DNA from: a virus
Taxonomy: Duplodnaviria > Caudoviricetes
Virus record (IMG/VR): IMGVR_UViG_3300032303_000488
Span: 1 to 64,000 of that record
Reading direction: 5' to 3' (one strand)
DNA: 64,000 bases
Shown in pieces: positions 26,314 through 36,847 of the stretch. Within the stretch, counting starts at the first letter, position 1, and every line of letters begins with the position of its first letter. Made by a program: the position numbers and the translations under genes. The notes beneath the pieces were generated by a model. It was not told the DNA's origin, searched no databases, and saw nothing but the letters and a program-made list of their open reading frames with translations.

Positions 26314-26613
26314 TTATACACTATCAGGTGGTAATAGGTCAAGTATCATCTCTAGCAAAGACAACTCAATGACTGCTAGTCTTGTTTTGATTCCAGTATC
26401 GCCAAGGACAACTACAATTGCTGGGTTATTGTTATTACGAATAGCATCTGTAGTTGCCTTAGCCCAAACATCTTTATTTAGGGTAAAGGACTTGCCAACC
26501 TCTTTGAAGTCAACAGTAAACCCTTCCCAAGAAGCATCGCCCTTGTGAGTACCCCTGCCAGAGTTCTTGTGCTGTTTAGCACCAATACGCTTACTCTCGC
26601 TTCTCTCGCTCAT
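26314..26613 (-). CDS. PD-(D/E)XK resolvase-like protein
   Basis: SE helix, SGRG..KGD, VDFKE. Confidence 0.6.
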   Translation of the reverse strand: MSERSESKRIGAKQHKNSGRGTHKGDASWEGFTVDFKEVGKSFTLNKDVWAKATTDAIRNNNNPAIVVVLGDTGIKTRLAVIELSLLEMILDLLPPDSV

Positions 26614-26773
26614 AGTCTTTCTTCTTATTGTTTTTTAAACTAACCTCATTTAAATGTTTGTCTGGACACATCCAAGTTATTAATTTGTCTGATGGATATA
26701 CTCTTACAGACTTTACTTCTACCCTGCATGTATGACAAGGAAACTTACCTGGGTAGACTGTGTATTTACCCAC
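26591..26773 (-). CDS. Small zinc-binding protein
   Basis: GTG start (MGKYTV); CxxC...CxxxH. Confidence 0.6.
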   Translation of the reverse strand: MGKYTVYPGKFPCHTCRVEVKSVRVYPSDKLITWMCPDKHLNEVSLKNNKKKDYEREKRE

Positions 26774-27773
26774 GAACAACCCTAGCCTTAATATCATCTT
26801 GTAGGTCCAAGTCTTCACGAACACGAGCCACAAACTTATCTCTACCCTGTAATTTAGTTCCATCTGGTAGGATATACCAAGCACCTGTGCGTTCTACAAT
26901 ACCCATCATCTCTGCAGTATCAACCAAATCACCAATGCTATCAATGCCAACATCGCCTCGGAAATAAAAATCGTATTCTCCAGATTGGAATGCTGGCGAT
27001 GTCTTGCTAAATTGAATCTCCCAACGAATCTTCCTACCAACTTTTTCCTCAATGAGTTTATCGCCAACTGCAATCTTGCCTTTAATTGCTTGATTGTCTG
27101 ATTCGGAAGAGAATAACTTGATAACCGTTGATGAATAAAACTTAGTAGCCTGACCACCTGAAGGCTGTTGACTAGTATACATAGCAGAAATATTGTTACG
27201 AGATTGCGAGATAAGAACCATAAGGGTTGGCTTAACTTTGTTATTAGCATAATTAAGCATTTTCCAAGCGTTACTAAAATCTCTAGACTCCGCACCAATC
27301 TGTTTAGTATTTTCCAATTGTTTAAGTTCATCAGTATCCTTTTCAAAATAGATAGCAGGTAGCAGTGATGTAATTGAATCAATTACAATCAAGTCTACCC
27401 CTGCGTTCATTAGGTTAGTTCCCACATCAACCATCTCATTAATAGTTCTGGCTTGTGACACAATAAGTTTATCTGTGTCTACCCCAAGTCTTTTAGCCCA
27501 GTCTTCAGAGTAAGCCATCTCTGCATCAATCCAAGCACACAACTTGCCTTCTTCCTGAGCCAGAGCAACCATCTGTAGACAAAGTGAAGACTTAGCAGAA
27601 GACTTGCTTCCCCAAACCAATACCTGTCTGCCCATAGGTAGTCCACCATTAAGTGCACGGTTAAGTCCAAAACTAGGGGTAGCCTGATATTCTGTTTTAA
27701 ATCCAACACCATTAGTCAAACGCTTACGAATGCGTGGGTCTAGTGCTGCCATTGCTTCTTCTATAGTTGTCAT
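26766..27773 (-). CDS. recA: RecA-family recombinase
   Basis: TPSFGLNRAL.GGLP.GR, variant Walker A, WIDAE, VIDSI, GGQATKFYSS. Confidence 0.9.
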   Translation of the reverse strand: MTTIEEAMAALDPRIRKRLTNGVGFKTEYQATPSFGLNRALNGGLPMGRQVLVWGSKSSAKSSLCLQMVALAQEEGKLCAWIDAEMAYSEDWAKRLGVDTDKLIVSQARTINEMVDVGTNLMNAGVDLIVIDSITSLLPAIYFEKDTDELKQLENTKQIGAESRDFSNAWKMLNYANNKVKPTLMVLISQSRNNISAMYTSQQPSGGQATKFYSSTVIKLFSSESDNQAIKGKIAVGDKLIEEKVGRKIRWEIQFSKTSPAFQSGEYDFYFRGDVGIDSIGDLVDTAEMMGIVERTGAWYILPDGTKLQGRDKFVARVREDLDLQDDIKARVVRG

Positions 27774-28111
27774 TAGAAACGAACCCCATGTCTTTCTGGT
27801 CTAGACTTATTGTAGCCAGTCTTCTTTTCAAAAGCATCGTCAAGGCTACCATTGACATACTCAAACTCACGGAGACCTGCGTACAAGTCAAGAGTGCGAA
27901 TAATAATGTCAGCCATTTCATCTGCTACTTCTTCTGGTCCTTTGGACTTTCGAATTGCTTCCATAACCTCTACCGTTTCTGACACAATCATCATTAGTTG
28001 TTTAGTCATAAATATATCCAAGGATTCTTTATCATCATTGTTATAGGCAATGCCCCAAAAACCCTTTTCTACTGCGGTTTCGTGCAGTTCTTTTGCTACT
28101 TCATCAAACAT
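27773..28111 (-). CDS. MazG-like nucleotide pyrophosphohydrolase
   Basis: SETVEVMEA...EEVADEMADIII acidic motifs. Confidence 0.8.
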   Translation of the reverse strand: MFDEVAKELHETAVEKGFWGIAYNNDDKESLDIFMTKQLMMIVSETVEVMEAIRKSKGPEEVADEMADIIIRTLDLYAGLREFEYVNGSLDDAFEKKTGYNKSRPERHGVRF

Positions 28112-31100
28112 TTTCTACATCTTCCATAATTGTTGTTCCATCTTTAGTTTTACCTAAAGAGAATTTATACACATTTCCTTCATCAATCTTCATGTAAGCC
28201 CTTGGGAATGCTGTTGGAAATACTGTTACGCTGTGCATATCACGATTAGTGTCTGCCAGTACGAGAGAAGCCATTTTCTTACCAGCCTTAGTTACCCTTG
28301 GCTTAAATGACACTACAAATAGTTCATCATCTTTATATGGCAACTGACGATAGTTAAGAATTTTAATTAGCCCAGACAAATTACCTTTAGTTTCATCTGC
28401 TGGAATAGCAGTAACAATTCTATTATCACTTGCAAGAACTATATAAGTCTTCCCTGCTTCAATAGTTGTGTTTGCTTCATCAAAGATTCCAGTGCTACCA
28501 GTTTTATCTAGTAGTTCTACTCTTGACCAGCCATCACCACGCTTGATGTTCTTAATCATCCCCATCAAAATGTATGCACCCTTTTCTTCATACTCTTCCA
28601 CGTCATTAATGAATGCGTGATAGTGTTGTGGAATAGATGTATTAAACTCTGGTAGATTAAGATACTCATAAAGGTTCTCACGAACTTCTTCATCGTTTCT
28701 AGGTTGGTCTTCAAAAGTAGCGGCTCCTACAAGGCGTAGAGCCTGTAATGCACGACTGTTAACACCATTGCCCTTACCAAATGTAAACTCTTCTAGTTCT
28801 TTGTAAGAACCAAAAGGTCTAGCGGCAAGATACTTATTAGCAATGTTATCACTAATAAACTTGATAGATGATAGTCCAAATCGAATTCCTTTACCCTCGA
28901 TTTTAAAATCAACATCTGATTCGTTGATGTGTGGTAAACGAACAGGAATACCCATACGTTTTGCTTCAATCAAATACTCAGTACGAGCATCTTTATCACT
29001 TTCATTCTTGAGCAATGAATACATAAACTCAATAGGATAATTGTGTTTTAACCATGCAGTCCAATAAGAAACTGTTGAATAAGCCACAGCGTGAGATTTG
29101 TTAAACGAGTATCCAGCGTGGGCTTCAAAGTCATGCCAAAGGTCTTGAGCAGCATTTGGAGTTAAGAATCTAGAAGCACCAGCAACGAACTTGTCTTTAA
29201 ACACGTCAAACTCTTTAGCATCTTTCTTCTTACCAATAATCTTACGAACCTTATCCGCTTCAGCCATTGTCATTCCACCAAGTTCCACACAGGCAAGCAT
29301 AACTTGTTCCTGATATAGAATACATCCATAGGTTTCTTGTGTGAATGCTTTTAGCACTTCGTGTTTGTAATCAATGTTTTGCTTACCATGTTTACGAGCA
29401 ACATAATCTTTACCAATTGTGTTCATAGCACCTGGACGAACCAAGGCATTAGAGGCAGCAAGTTCTGAAAAGTTTTTGATACCCATCTTAACAAGCAAGT
29501 TAGTGTATGGTGTTGCTTCACATTGGAATACGCCCTTGGTATAACCATCAGAAAGCATGCGATATACATTTGCATCTTTCATATCTAGTTTATATAAGTC
29601 AACATCAGTACCAGTACGCTCCTTGATGATAGCCAAAGTATCTTGAATAACAGATAGAGTTTTAAGACCCAAAGCATCAATCTTAATTAGACCAATGCGT
29701 TCTGCCTCTTCCATGTCTACTGCTACTACTGGAATACGTTCCTTGCTACCTGGAGTTGTTCTAGTCTCTAGTGGTGCATACTTAAAGATAGGTTCTTTAG
29801 CAGTAACCACACCAGCAGCGTGAATACCAGTACCACGAATACGACCACGCATTTGTTCACCATAAAGTTCAATCTCTGGATACTTCTCACGGAACTCCTG
29901 AGTAGACTTAGACCTTAAATAATCATCCCAGTCATCAACCAGTTTAAGAACCTTGTTCACATCTGGTAGTGGAATGTTTAACACACGAGCAATATCTCTA
30001 ATCATACCTTTACCCTTAAACTCAAGGAACGTAGCAATAGAAGCAACGTGTCTATACTGTCTAACTAAATAATCTTTAACATCCTCACGTCTTGAATCTT
30101 GAATATCTGTATCAATATCTGGAAAGTCATTACGTTCTGGATTGATAAAACGGAAGAACAGAAGACCATGCTCGATAGGGTCAATGTCAGTAATGCCCAA
30201 TGCATAACAAACTAAAGAACCAGCAGAAGAACCACGACCTGGACCAACCATAATGCGTTCTTTCTTAGCCCAGTTAATCATGTTACGAACAACTAGGAAG
30301 TAAGGAGCAAAGTTTTTATCCTTGATGATTTGTAGTTCTTCTTCAGCCCTAATGTGATATGCAGGGTCAGCACCTACACCACGAGCAATCAGACCCTCCA
30401 TAGCAAGTTCATAAAGTTCTTGGTCTGGATTCTGATACTGTGCTGGTAGTAAGTCTAGGTGGTCTTTGATATTGTAATCTTCAACCTTGTTCATAATCTC
30501 AATAGTATTATCATACATATCTTGTCTTACAATGCCCTGAGATTCCATAGAATTATGCATCTCTTCATCAGAGAGTAGGTGTATTTCATAATCTCTAAAT
30601 GTAATCTGGCGGTCTGCACCATACAAGTAGTCCAACTTATCCATAAGGTTGTCATACTTTTGACTACCAGCAAAGTTTGCATCTTTCTGAACTTTGTTTG
30701 AATAAGTGTTTAGAATTAGTTTAAGTTCCTGAATCTCACGTTGTTCTGGTCCAGCATGATGGCAGTCAGGAGTAACGATAGGCTTGATACCAAACTCATC
30801 TGCAAGAGCAAGAATAGTTTTATTAATTTCTGGTGGATTATGTGGCATAACTTCAATGTAGTAGTCATCGCCAAATGTTTTCTTAGCCCACTGCAAATGT
30901 TCTTTTGCAGCAGCAAGGTCATCTGCTTCAATTGCTTTAGCAAGGAAACCAGACAGACATCCAGAAGTAATGATAAGACCTTCTTTATATTTTTCTAGAG
31001 ATTCCCAATCCATACGAGGCTTCTTATAGAAACCCTCAGTCCAAGCAATCTCATTTAGTTTGTTTAGATTCTCTAGACCTTTTTCATTCTTTGCAAGAAT

Positions 31101-31385
31101 AATTAAGTGATTGTATACAGGGTTTAGTGGTGTGTCTTCACGTTCTGCCTTATCTCTTTGGTCAAAGCGGTCTTGTGCAATATATCCTTCAACACCAAGA
31201 ATTGGTTTAATGCCCTTTTCAATAGCGGCACGATACATTTCACGATGTCCAGATAGCGAACCGTGGTCTGTGATTGCGATGGCTGGCATTCCAATTTCAA
31301 TTGCCCTGTCCACATATTCTTGTGGTGTTGCTATTCCATCAAATAGCGAGTAGTGAGTGTGAACGTGCAGTCCAGCATAACTCAT
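28104..31385 (-). CDS. dnaE: DNA polymerase III alpha subunit
   Basis: LHVHTHYS PHP domain, GRGSSAGSL, FPDIDTD, YSFNKSHA. Confidence 0.97.
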   Translation of the reverse strand: MSYAGLHVHTHYSLFDGIATPQEYVDRAIEIGMPAIAITDHGSLSGHREMYRAAIEKGIKPILGVEGYIAQDRFDQRDKAEREDTPLNPVYNHLIILAKNEKGLENLNKLNEIAWTEGFYKKPRMDWESLEKYKEGLIITSGCLSGFLAKAIEADDLAAAKEHLQWAKKTFGDDYYIEVMPHNPPEINKTILALADEFGIKPIVTPDCHHAGPEQREIQELKLILNTYSNKVQKDANFAGSQKYDNLMDKLDYLYGADRQITFRDYEIHLLSDEEMHNSMESQGIVRQDMYDNTIEIMNKVEDYNIKDHLDLLPAQYQNPDQELYELAMEGLIARGVGADPAYHIRAEEELQIIKDKNFAPYFLVVRNMINWAKKERIMVGPGRGSSAGSLVCYALGITDIDPIEHGLLFFRFINPERNDFPDIDTDIQDSRREDVKDYLVRQYRHVASIATFLEFKGKGMIRDIARVLNIPLPDVNKVLKLVDDWDDYLRSKSTQEFREKYPEIELYGEQMRGRIRGTGIHAAGVVTAKEPIFKYAPLETRTTPGSKERIPVVAVDMEEAERIGLIKIDALGLKTLSVIQDTLAIIKERTGTDVDLYKLDMKDANVYRMLSDGYTKGVFQCEATPYTNLLVKMGIKNFSELAASNALVRPGAMNTIGKDYVARKHGKQNIDYKHEVLKAFTQETYGCILYQEQVMLACVELGGMTMAEADKVRKIIGKKKDAKEFDVFKDKFVAGASRFLTPNAAQDLWHDFEAHAGYSFNKSHAVAYSTVSYWTAWLKHNYPIEFMYSLLKNESDKDARTEYLIEAKRMGIPVRLPHINESDVDFKIEGKGIRFGLSSIKFISDNIANKYLAARPFGSYKELEEFTFGKGNGVNSRALQALRLVGAATFEDQPRNDEEVRENLYEYLNLPEFNTSIPQHYHAFINDVEEYEEKGAYILMGMIKNIKRGDGWSRVELLDKTGSTGIFDEANTTIEAGKTYIVLASDNRIVTAIPADETKGNLSGLIKILNYRQLPYKDDELFVVSFKPRVTKAGKKMASLVLADTNRDMHSVTVFPTAFPRAYMKIDEGNVYKFSLGKTKDGTTIMEDVENV

Positions 31386-31415
31386 ATAAAATTTTCCTTA
31401 AGTTAGAGATGAAGA

Positions 31416-31447
31416 ATGGGGGCAGAGAGCGAATCGTCTACCCCCAT
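31416..31447 (-). terminator. Hairpin terminator after ssb
   Basis: ATGGGGG...CCCCCAT inverted repeat. Confidence 0.65.
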
Positions 31448-31458
31448 TACATTTATTT

Positions 31459-32112
31459 TTACCAGTCAGTGTTGCTGGATGTTAGAGATGGAGCATCAAA
31501 ACCGAAGTAGAAATTCTCCTGCTCTGCATAAGCCACTTCACGAACAACCTTTTCTAGGTTAAATGGCTCAATGCCATCAAACTTGAAAGGTTCTGTGTCT
31601 GGCTTAGTTGGAAGCAATGTGTAATTGGTTTCAGTTCCCTGACCATTACGCTTAATCTTCCACTCTAGGTTTGAGATTGAGCCAGTCTCAATTGCATACT
31701 CACGGAGATTTCCGAAAGCAGACTGCTTTGAGATACCTTGTGACCATACAGCCACATAAGGTGCTTCAGTACCATCATCAATGATGACGTTACCATACCA
31801 GCGAAGACGTGAACGCCATCCGCCCTTTGGTTCTTTACGACCCATTTCACAACCGTAGCAACGACCCTCAGAGTCAATTGTACAAACTGCCTTACGCTTG
31901 TAATCCTTTGGATTAGTGTGTTCTGCGATTACCACAGATAGACCACGACTTTCATCGTAGTTTGCTGAATCTGTATCAAGTTCTTCAACAAAGCGAACTC
32001 TTGCAGATTGTCCGTCAGCCAGTTTTACCCAGCGAACTTTTTGACCATTGTTTTCATATTTTGGCTTATCCATTAATGCACCGATATCTTTTAGCCCTTT
32101 AATTACGCTCAT
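31459..32112 (-). CDS. Single-stranded DNA-binding protein (gp32-like)
   Basis: Cys cluster, KIKRNGQGTETNY, position in replication module. Confidence 0.7.
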   Translation of the reverse strand: MSVIKGLKDIGALMDKPKYENNGQKVRWVKLADGQSARVRFVEELDTDSANYDESRGLSVVIAEHTNPKDYKRKAVCTIDSEGRCYGCEMGRKEPKGGWRSRLRWYGNVIIDDGTEAPYVAVWSQGISKQSAFGNLREYAIETGSISNLEWKIKRNGQGTETNYTLLPTKPDTEPFKFDGIEPFNLEKVVREVAYAEQENFYFGFDAPSLTSSNTDW

Positions 32113-32142
32113 AATTTCTCCTTATGTTTTCTTAGCGGTATA

Positions 32143-33087
32143 CTAGTTTAGCATACTAGCGATAGTTTTGTCAAACGATTCGTCAATATTTTTTATTGCT
32201 TCATCTGACATATCACCAATATCCTTGTATTGTTTATCTATTTTAATTACGTTAACACGAGAGCCAAGACGTTCAACTATCTTATCTTTCATATTACCGC
32301 CAGCCTCATCATTATCAGCAATAACGATTATGTTATTGAAATATTTTCCGAGCAGGTCTGTTTGAAAATTGGATACGTTTGCACCCAATGTTGCTACCGC
32401 AGGAAAACCACACTGGTCTAAACGGATAGCATCAAATGATGATTCAACTACATAAACTTTGCCAGCAGTCTTGACACGATGTATGTTAAATAAAGTTTTT
32501 GCTTTTGGTAGTCCTGGGGTATTTTTAAACTCTTTACCCTCAATAGAACGACCAACAAATCCCACAGCAATACCATCTGGGGAATGTACAGGTATCGTTA
32601 CCATATCTTGCTTTTCTGAAAAACCAAGTTGAAACTTATTGATAGATGTTTGATTAATTAATCTGCCATCATAGTATCTAGTTGCTCTTGCAGATTCTAA
32701 TGCTTGCTGATTTAATCTTTTAATCTGCAATTCATCATATGGGATATAGTCTGGTTTCTCTACAAGTGTTTGATTAATCTGATATGACAAATCAATTTCA
32801 GTTTCTTTAGACTTGATGTAACGAACAGATTCAAAATAACTACGAGCAGATGTATGCATAATTAAAGCAACTAAGTCGCACACATGGTGACAAGAAAAGC
32901 AAAAGAATAGACCAGAACTTTTATCTACTTCACCAGCAGGTGAGCGATAGTTATTGTGGAAAGGACAAAATATAATGTAATCAGAATCTACTTCCGATTC
33001 GATTGTGATGCCTGACCCTGCGATAACTCGCTTAATTTGTTCTTTTGAGTAGGAACCATTTGTGTTCCGTCTATTCCTATTATCCAT
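32143..33087 (-). CDS. DNA primase (zinc finger + TOPRIM)
   Basis: CPFH...CFSC, VVESSFD, IADNDEAG. Confidence 0.9.
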   Translation of the reverse strand: MDNRNRRNTNGSYSKEQIKRVIAGSGITIESEVDSDYIIFCPFHNNYRSPAGEVDKSSGLFFCFSCHHVCDLVALIMHTSARSYFESVRYIKSKETEIDLSYQINQTLVEKPDYIPYDELQIKRLNQQALESARATRYYDGRLINQTSINKFQLGFSEKQDMVTIPVHSPDGIAVGFVGRSIEGKEFKNTPGLPKAKTLFNIHRVKTAGKVYVVESSFDAIRLDQCGFPAVATLGANVSNFQTDLLGKYFNNIIVIADNDEAGGNMKDKIVERLGSRVNVIKIDKQYKDIGDMSDEAIKNIDESFDKTIASMLN

Positions 33088-33332
33088 AATGCTTTATTCT
33101 TTCCTATGTATGTACCATATACTGTTAATGTAAATTCGTAGTAATCTTTTTCGTTATTATATTTTATCGTAAACTGTGGGTCTATGTCAAGTCTTGGCAC
33201 ATACCCCAATTCACACATCTCAAGTCCTTTGAGTCTCACAAGTTCTAAACGAAGTCTACCAATTGCGGCATCATTCTTAATGATTCCGTCAAACGTAAAG
33301 TTCTTAATAGGTTTGTGATATATATTCTCCAC
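32988..33332 (-). CDS. Hypothetical protein
   Basis: GTG start 5 nt downstream of TATAAT. Confidence 0.7.
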   Translation of the reverse strand: MENIYHKPIKNFTFDGIIKNDAAIGRLRLELVRLKGLEMCELGYVPRLDIDPQFTIKYNNEKDYYEFTLTVYGTYIGKNKALWIIGIDGTQMVPTQKNKLSELSQGQASQSNRK

Positions 33333-33344
33333 ACTCTATTATAA

Positions 33345-34565
33345 CTAGTTATCTTCAAAATCCTTATAACGATAGTAACCTTTGTCAAAATCAACCTGAA
33401 CCAAGAATTCTCCCATAAACCCATTACGGTTCTTACGGAACACACACTCTAGAATGTCTGAGTTGGTGGCACGACCAAGAGCAAGAACCCAGTCAGCATC
33501 GTACGCAATTTGGCGTGACCAAGCAGTTTGACCAAGAGTAGGAACTGTATCTAACTTAGTAACGTCATCTGGTGTAGCAGAAGAGATAGCAATAATAGGA
33601 ATCTCTTCACCAATAGACATCAATTTAAGTTCACGAGAAAGGTTCTTCATACGAACAGTTTCATTATCTGATTTTTGATTTGGAGACATCAACTGTAGGT
33701 AGTCTACAACAACTAGGTCAGGTTTGTACTGGTCAATTTTACCACGAATAACTGATGGCGTTACTTCCCCACCGTTATCATTAGAGATGATATGGAACTC
33801 TGGTTTACCAGCAAGTTCCTTGGAGTGCCAACGCTTTAGGTCATTAATATCTACTTGACCATTGCTTAGTTTACGATGTGACCAAAGACCCTCACCCATG
33901 ATAGCAAACACACGGTTACGAACTTCTGTTTCTGACATTTCAAGTGAGATGATTAGCGGTGACTTGCCTTGCTTCCATGCCTGTACCGCCATGTAAAGTG
34001 CAAACCAAGACTTACCAATACCTGGATAGGCAAGGAACACACCCAACTGACCTGGAGTAATACCAGCAGGAAGATAGTTATCAAATCCTGGCAAACCAGT
34101 CTTAATACCAATTGAACCTAGTTCATTTTGACGAGCAAGGTTTTCAAAGTAAGCAACAGCAGAATCGATATCAGTGGCATCAATGTCACGGATAACTGCT
34201 GTGTTCTTTTTTAGTTCCGATGTCTTCTGGATTAAATCTTCTAGTGCTTTAGTGCCCTGACCTGCTTGAACATCTGAAGCGGTAGTTCTAAGAACATCCT
34301 TTAGACTATCATTTAAAAACTCAGCCTGTAGTTCTTCTAAGTGATACTTTGTAGCACCAATGTCATCAACAGGAATAAAATCACGGAACTTGTCTACTAC
34401 CAAAGATACTGGTGGCACTGTACTATTGGCTTCGGAATAATTGCGGATAAAATTCCAAATATCATTGTGAGTTCTTAGGATGTTTTCAACATTTGCTTGT
34501 AGCAAAACGTGTACTTGCTTGTCTGCTAATACAGCAGAGATTAGTTTTGATTCTGTATTATTCAC
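33345..34565 (-). CDS. dnaB: DnaB-like replicative helicase
   Basis: AYPGIGKS, ISLEMS, VVDYLQLM, IAYDAD. Confidence 0.93.
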   Translation of the reverse strand: MNNTESKLISAVLADKQVHVLLQANVENILRTHNDIWNFIRNYSEANSTVPPVSLVVDKFRDFIPVDDIGATKYHLEELQAEFLNDSLKDVLRTTASDVQAGQGTKALEDLIQKTSELKKNTAVIRDIDATDIDSAVAYFENLARQNELGSIGIKTGLPGFDNYLPAGITPGQLGVFLAYPGIGKSWFALYMAVQAWKQGKSPLIISLEMSETEVRNRVFAIMGEGLWSHRKLSNGQVDINDLKRWHSKELAGKPEFHIISNDNGGEVTPSVIRGKIDQYKPDLVVVDYLQLMSPNQKSDNETVRMKNLSRELKLMSIGEEIPIIAISSATPDDVTKLDTVPTLGQTAWSRQIAYDADWVLALGRATNSDILECVFRKNRNGFMGEFLVQVDFDKGYYRYKDFEDN

Positions 34566-34866
34566 TTAGCCATTCCTTTGCCTTGAGCCTACGTTCTGCT
34601 CGTTCTTTGTTGTCTTGTTGTACTTGTTTACGTTTGTAAACAATGTGGTCTGCATAATTTGCAAAATATTTCCATGATGGATTTTCTGACACATCAAAAT
34701 AATATTCTAGCAGGTCATAGCATTCAGGAATACCATAGGAAGCAATTAGGGCATCTGCTGCCCACTGCTCTACATTTAAATTTAGGGATGGCTTTTCTTC
34801 GTACTTTGCAGTATGTAGTTTACTGTAGCGACTAAGCAAAGCCATACGGTCTTTGCGTTCAGCCAT
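34558..34866 (-). CDS. Hypothetical protein (possible helicase partner)
   Basis: Coupled upstream of helicase. Confidence 0.75.
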   Translation of the reverse strand: MAERKDRMALLSRYSKLHTAKYEEKPSLNLNVEQWAADALIASYGIPECYDLLEYYFDVSENPSWKYFANYADHIVYKRKQVQQDNKERAERRLKAKEWLSE

Positions 34867-35075
34867 TACTTATTCTCTGTCTCTTCTACAGATTCCTTGA
34901 CCTTTTCAGCCAATCTCTGTTCAACAAATGCATAGACACGTTCAAATGCTTCGCCAGTTGTTTCTCCATTACGCTTACTATCTGATACAGATAAGTCAAT
35001 GCGGAGTGATTGGAAGTTACCTAGATTAAGCGTATAGCCTAATCCTACTGTAACCTTAGTGTCATCGTTATTCAT
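34866..35075 (-). CDS. Small hypothetical protein
   Basis: KVTVGLGYTLNLGNFQSLRID; TAATG coupling. Confidence 0.75.
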   Translation of the reverse strand: MNNDDTKVTVGLGYTLNLGNFQSLRIDLSVSDSKRNGETTGEAFERVYAFVEQRLAEKVKESVEETENK

Positions 35076-35095
35076 ACCCTATGTCCTTTCAAGAA

Positions 35096-35626
35096 CTAAA
35101 TTGATTCATTCCAGATAGGCACAAACCTGCCATCTTCTGTCTTTGTATAAACCAGTATACCATCGCCCATACGCCTTGTCAACTCTTGTCTGGTAGGTGT
35201 TACATCGTTGGTTATTAGTTTATCTTTTCTTGGTCTACCGTGGTGATAGGAAGCAAGTATATCACGAATTTCCTTTACCTGTGATTCGGAATAGTAAGAA
35301 CGGACCTGCCAAGCCCTCTCTCCGCCCTTCTGTGACCCCATAGGGAAGGGAATAATGCCTTTTAGCATTAATGCTGGCATATATTTTTTATGCCTGTTAA
35401 CAAGGCTTGCAGCCTCTCCTACAGTATATGCTCTTTCCCTAGTTTTCTTAAAATCACTAACTAAACAACTTTCAATCTGGTCTTTTATAATATTATAAAC
35501 AGACATTATTCCATTGGAGTTATTCATGTGATATACACGAACAAGGTCTCCATTCAAAAACCATACTTTTTTATTCCCTGGAATAATGGGCGAGGAGTTA
35601 TATTGCTCCATTGTTTGAGCAGCCAT
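35096..35626 (-). CDS. Putative DNA-binding regulator (MerR-like wHTH)
   Basis: YTVGEAASLVNR...YYSESQV pattern. Confidence 0.55.
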   Translation of the reverse strand: MAAQTMEQYNSSPIIPGNKKVWFLNGDLVRVYHMNNSNGIMSVYNIIKDQIESCLVSDFKKTRERAYTVGEAASLVNRHKKYMPALMLKGIIPFPMGSQKGGERAWQVRSYYSESQVKEIRDILASYHHGRPRKDKLITNDVTPTRQELTRRMGDGILVYTKTEDGRFVPIWNESI

Positions 35627-35628
35627 GA

Positions 35629-36102
35629 CTATAGTTTGGCTAAACCAATTGCTAAAACATTGACACGATACTTTATTGTTGGCTTATCTTTATCTGAGTC
35701 TAGAACAACAGCAATAGTTGCCTTGTCAGTAGTTACGTTACTAACAACAACACCGTTTAATAATGTTGATGCAGTGCTTCCTGTACCAGTTATAGAGTCT
35801 GTTTCGATTGTTGCAAAAACTAAGGGTGGGGCAAGAAAATCTGTTTTTTTGTCTTTTCCAAAAGTAACATCTTTTGTATATCTTGATGTCTCAGTTGCAC
35901 TCAATGTTTGAGTTACTTCTAGTTGTGTTGTTGCAAAAATAAAACCACCAAAATAAGTTGTAATTGATTTCTTAGTGCTTGTATTATATATTGTTGCTGC
36001 AGCATTTGAAAATTTATCACCAATAGTGTTTATTTCATCCACTACCTGTCCTAGAAATATCTGGTCAATTAGCGTGTTTGAGCCTGGTTTTTGTAATGTC
36101 AT
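35629..36102 (-). CDS. Tail-associated protein
   Basis: Beta-rich, ends VNVLAIG; end of tail module. Confidence 0.55.
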   Translation of the reverse strand: MTLQKPGSNTLIDQIFLGQVVDEINTIGDKFSNAAATIYNTSTKKSITTYFGGFIFATTQLEVTQTLSATETSRYTKDVTFGKDKKTDFLAPPLVFATIETDSITGTGSTASTLLNGVVVSNVTTDKATIAVVLDSDKDKPTIKYRVNVLAIGLAKL

Positions 36103-36109
36103 AGTATTA

Positions 36110-36847
36110 TTATACCACCAAACCAGAGTCTAAGATTGGTAATGTTGAGATAGCATCTGATTGAATTAGCAAAGCATTAGTATTTACAACTTTTATATTT
36201 GTTGGTACTGTAACAGCAACCTTAACAAAATTAGCAATCTTGTTAGTCTTTCCAGCAGTTGTTATTGGTCCTGGATTAGAACCCATATTTAAAACAAGTG
36301 TTGAACCAGTTGTTCCAGACTGGGCAACCCAAGTTCCATTATATCCACTAGGAGTTATTCCAGAAAGAACAACTCGCTGCCCAGAAGTAATGCCATGAGT
36401 AACTACTGTTGTAAATGTTATGTTTGTAGTTCCAGTTGGTGTTTGAACGCCAATAGGCACAAATGGAGTATCAATATAATAGTTATTTGATGTAACCGTA
36501 TCTTCATATGTAAAACTTGTGTACGCTCCTCCATTGTTGTAAGACCAACTAAAGTATATGTCAAATTTATTAGTTGGAAAAGAGTTGGGGGTGGTCCATT
36601 TTACATTCATGCCAACGCCACCAGACTCTACAGAACTTGCAGAAATTGATGGAGAAAAACCAGTTAGAACATTAGCAATACTTCCTTGCGTTACCTGATT
36701 CACTCCAGACCATTGTGTAAGGGCTTCACCTTCACCTGTTACTAATCTATATTTAAAAAAATAGTCTAAGTTAGAAGAACTGTTTTTAATAACTGCAACA
36801 GAATTGTCAAATATATTAAAACTACTTGTAACAATATTATCAGCCAT
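36110..36847 (-). CDS. Minor tail / fibre-associated protein
   Basis: S/T/G-rich beta protein with a TxxxHG...V...G..P.GYNG module. Confidence 0.6.
   Translation of the reverse strand: MADNIVTSSFNIFDNSVAVIKNSSSNLDYFFKYRLVTGEGEALTQWSGVNQVTQGSIANVLTGFSPSISASSVESGGVGMNVKWTTPNSFPTNKFDIYFSWSYNNGGAYTSFTYEDTVTSNNYYIDTPFVPIGVQTPTGTTNITFTTVVTHGITSGQRVVLSGITPSGYNGTWVAQSGTTGSTLVLNMGSNPGPITTAGKTNKIANFVKVAVTVPTNIKVVNTNALLIQSDAISTLPILDSGLVV

Noticed and set aside
21591-34565. Inteins or introns in terL, dnaE, dnaB, recA
   Set aside because: Lengths are normal, frames are uninterrupted, and no intein-like C...HN/LAGLIDADG insert was recognised.
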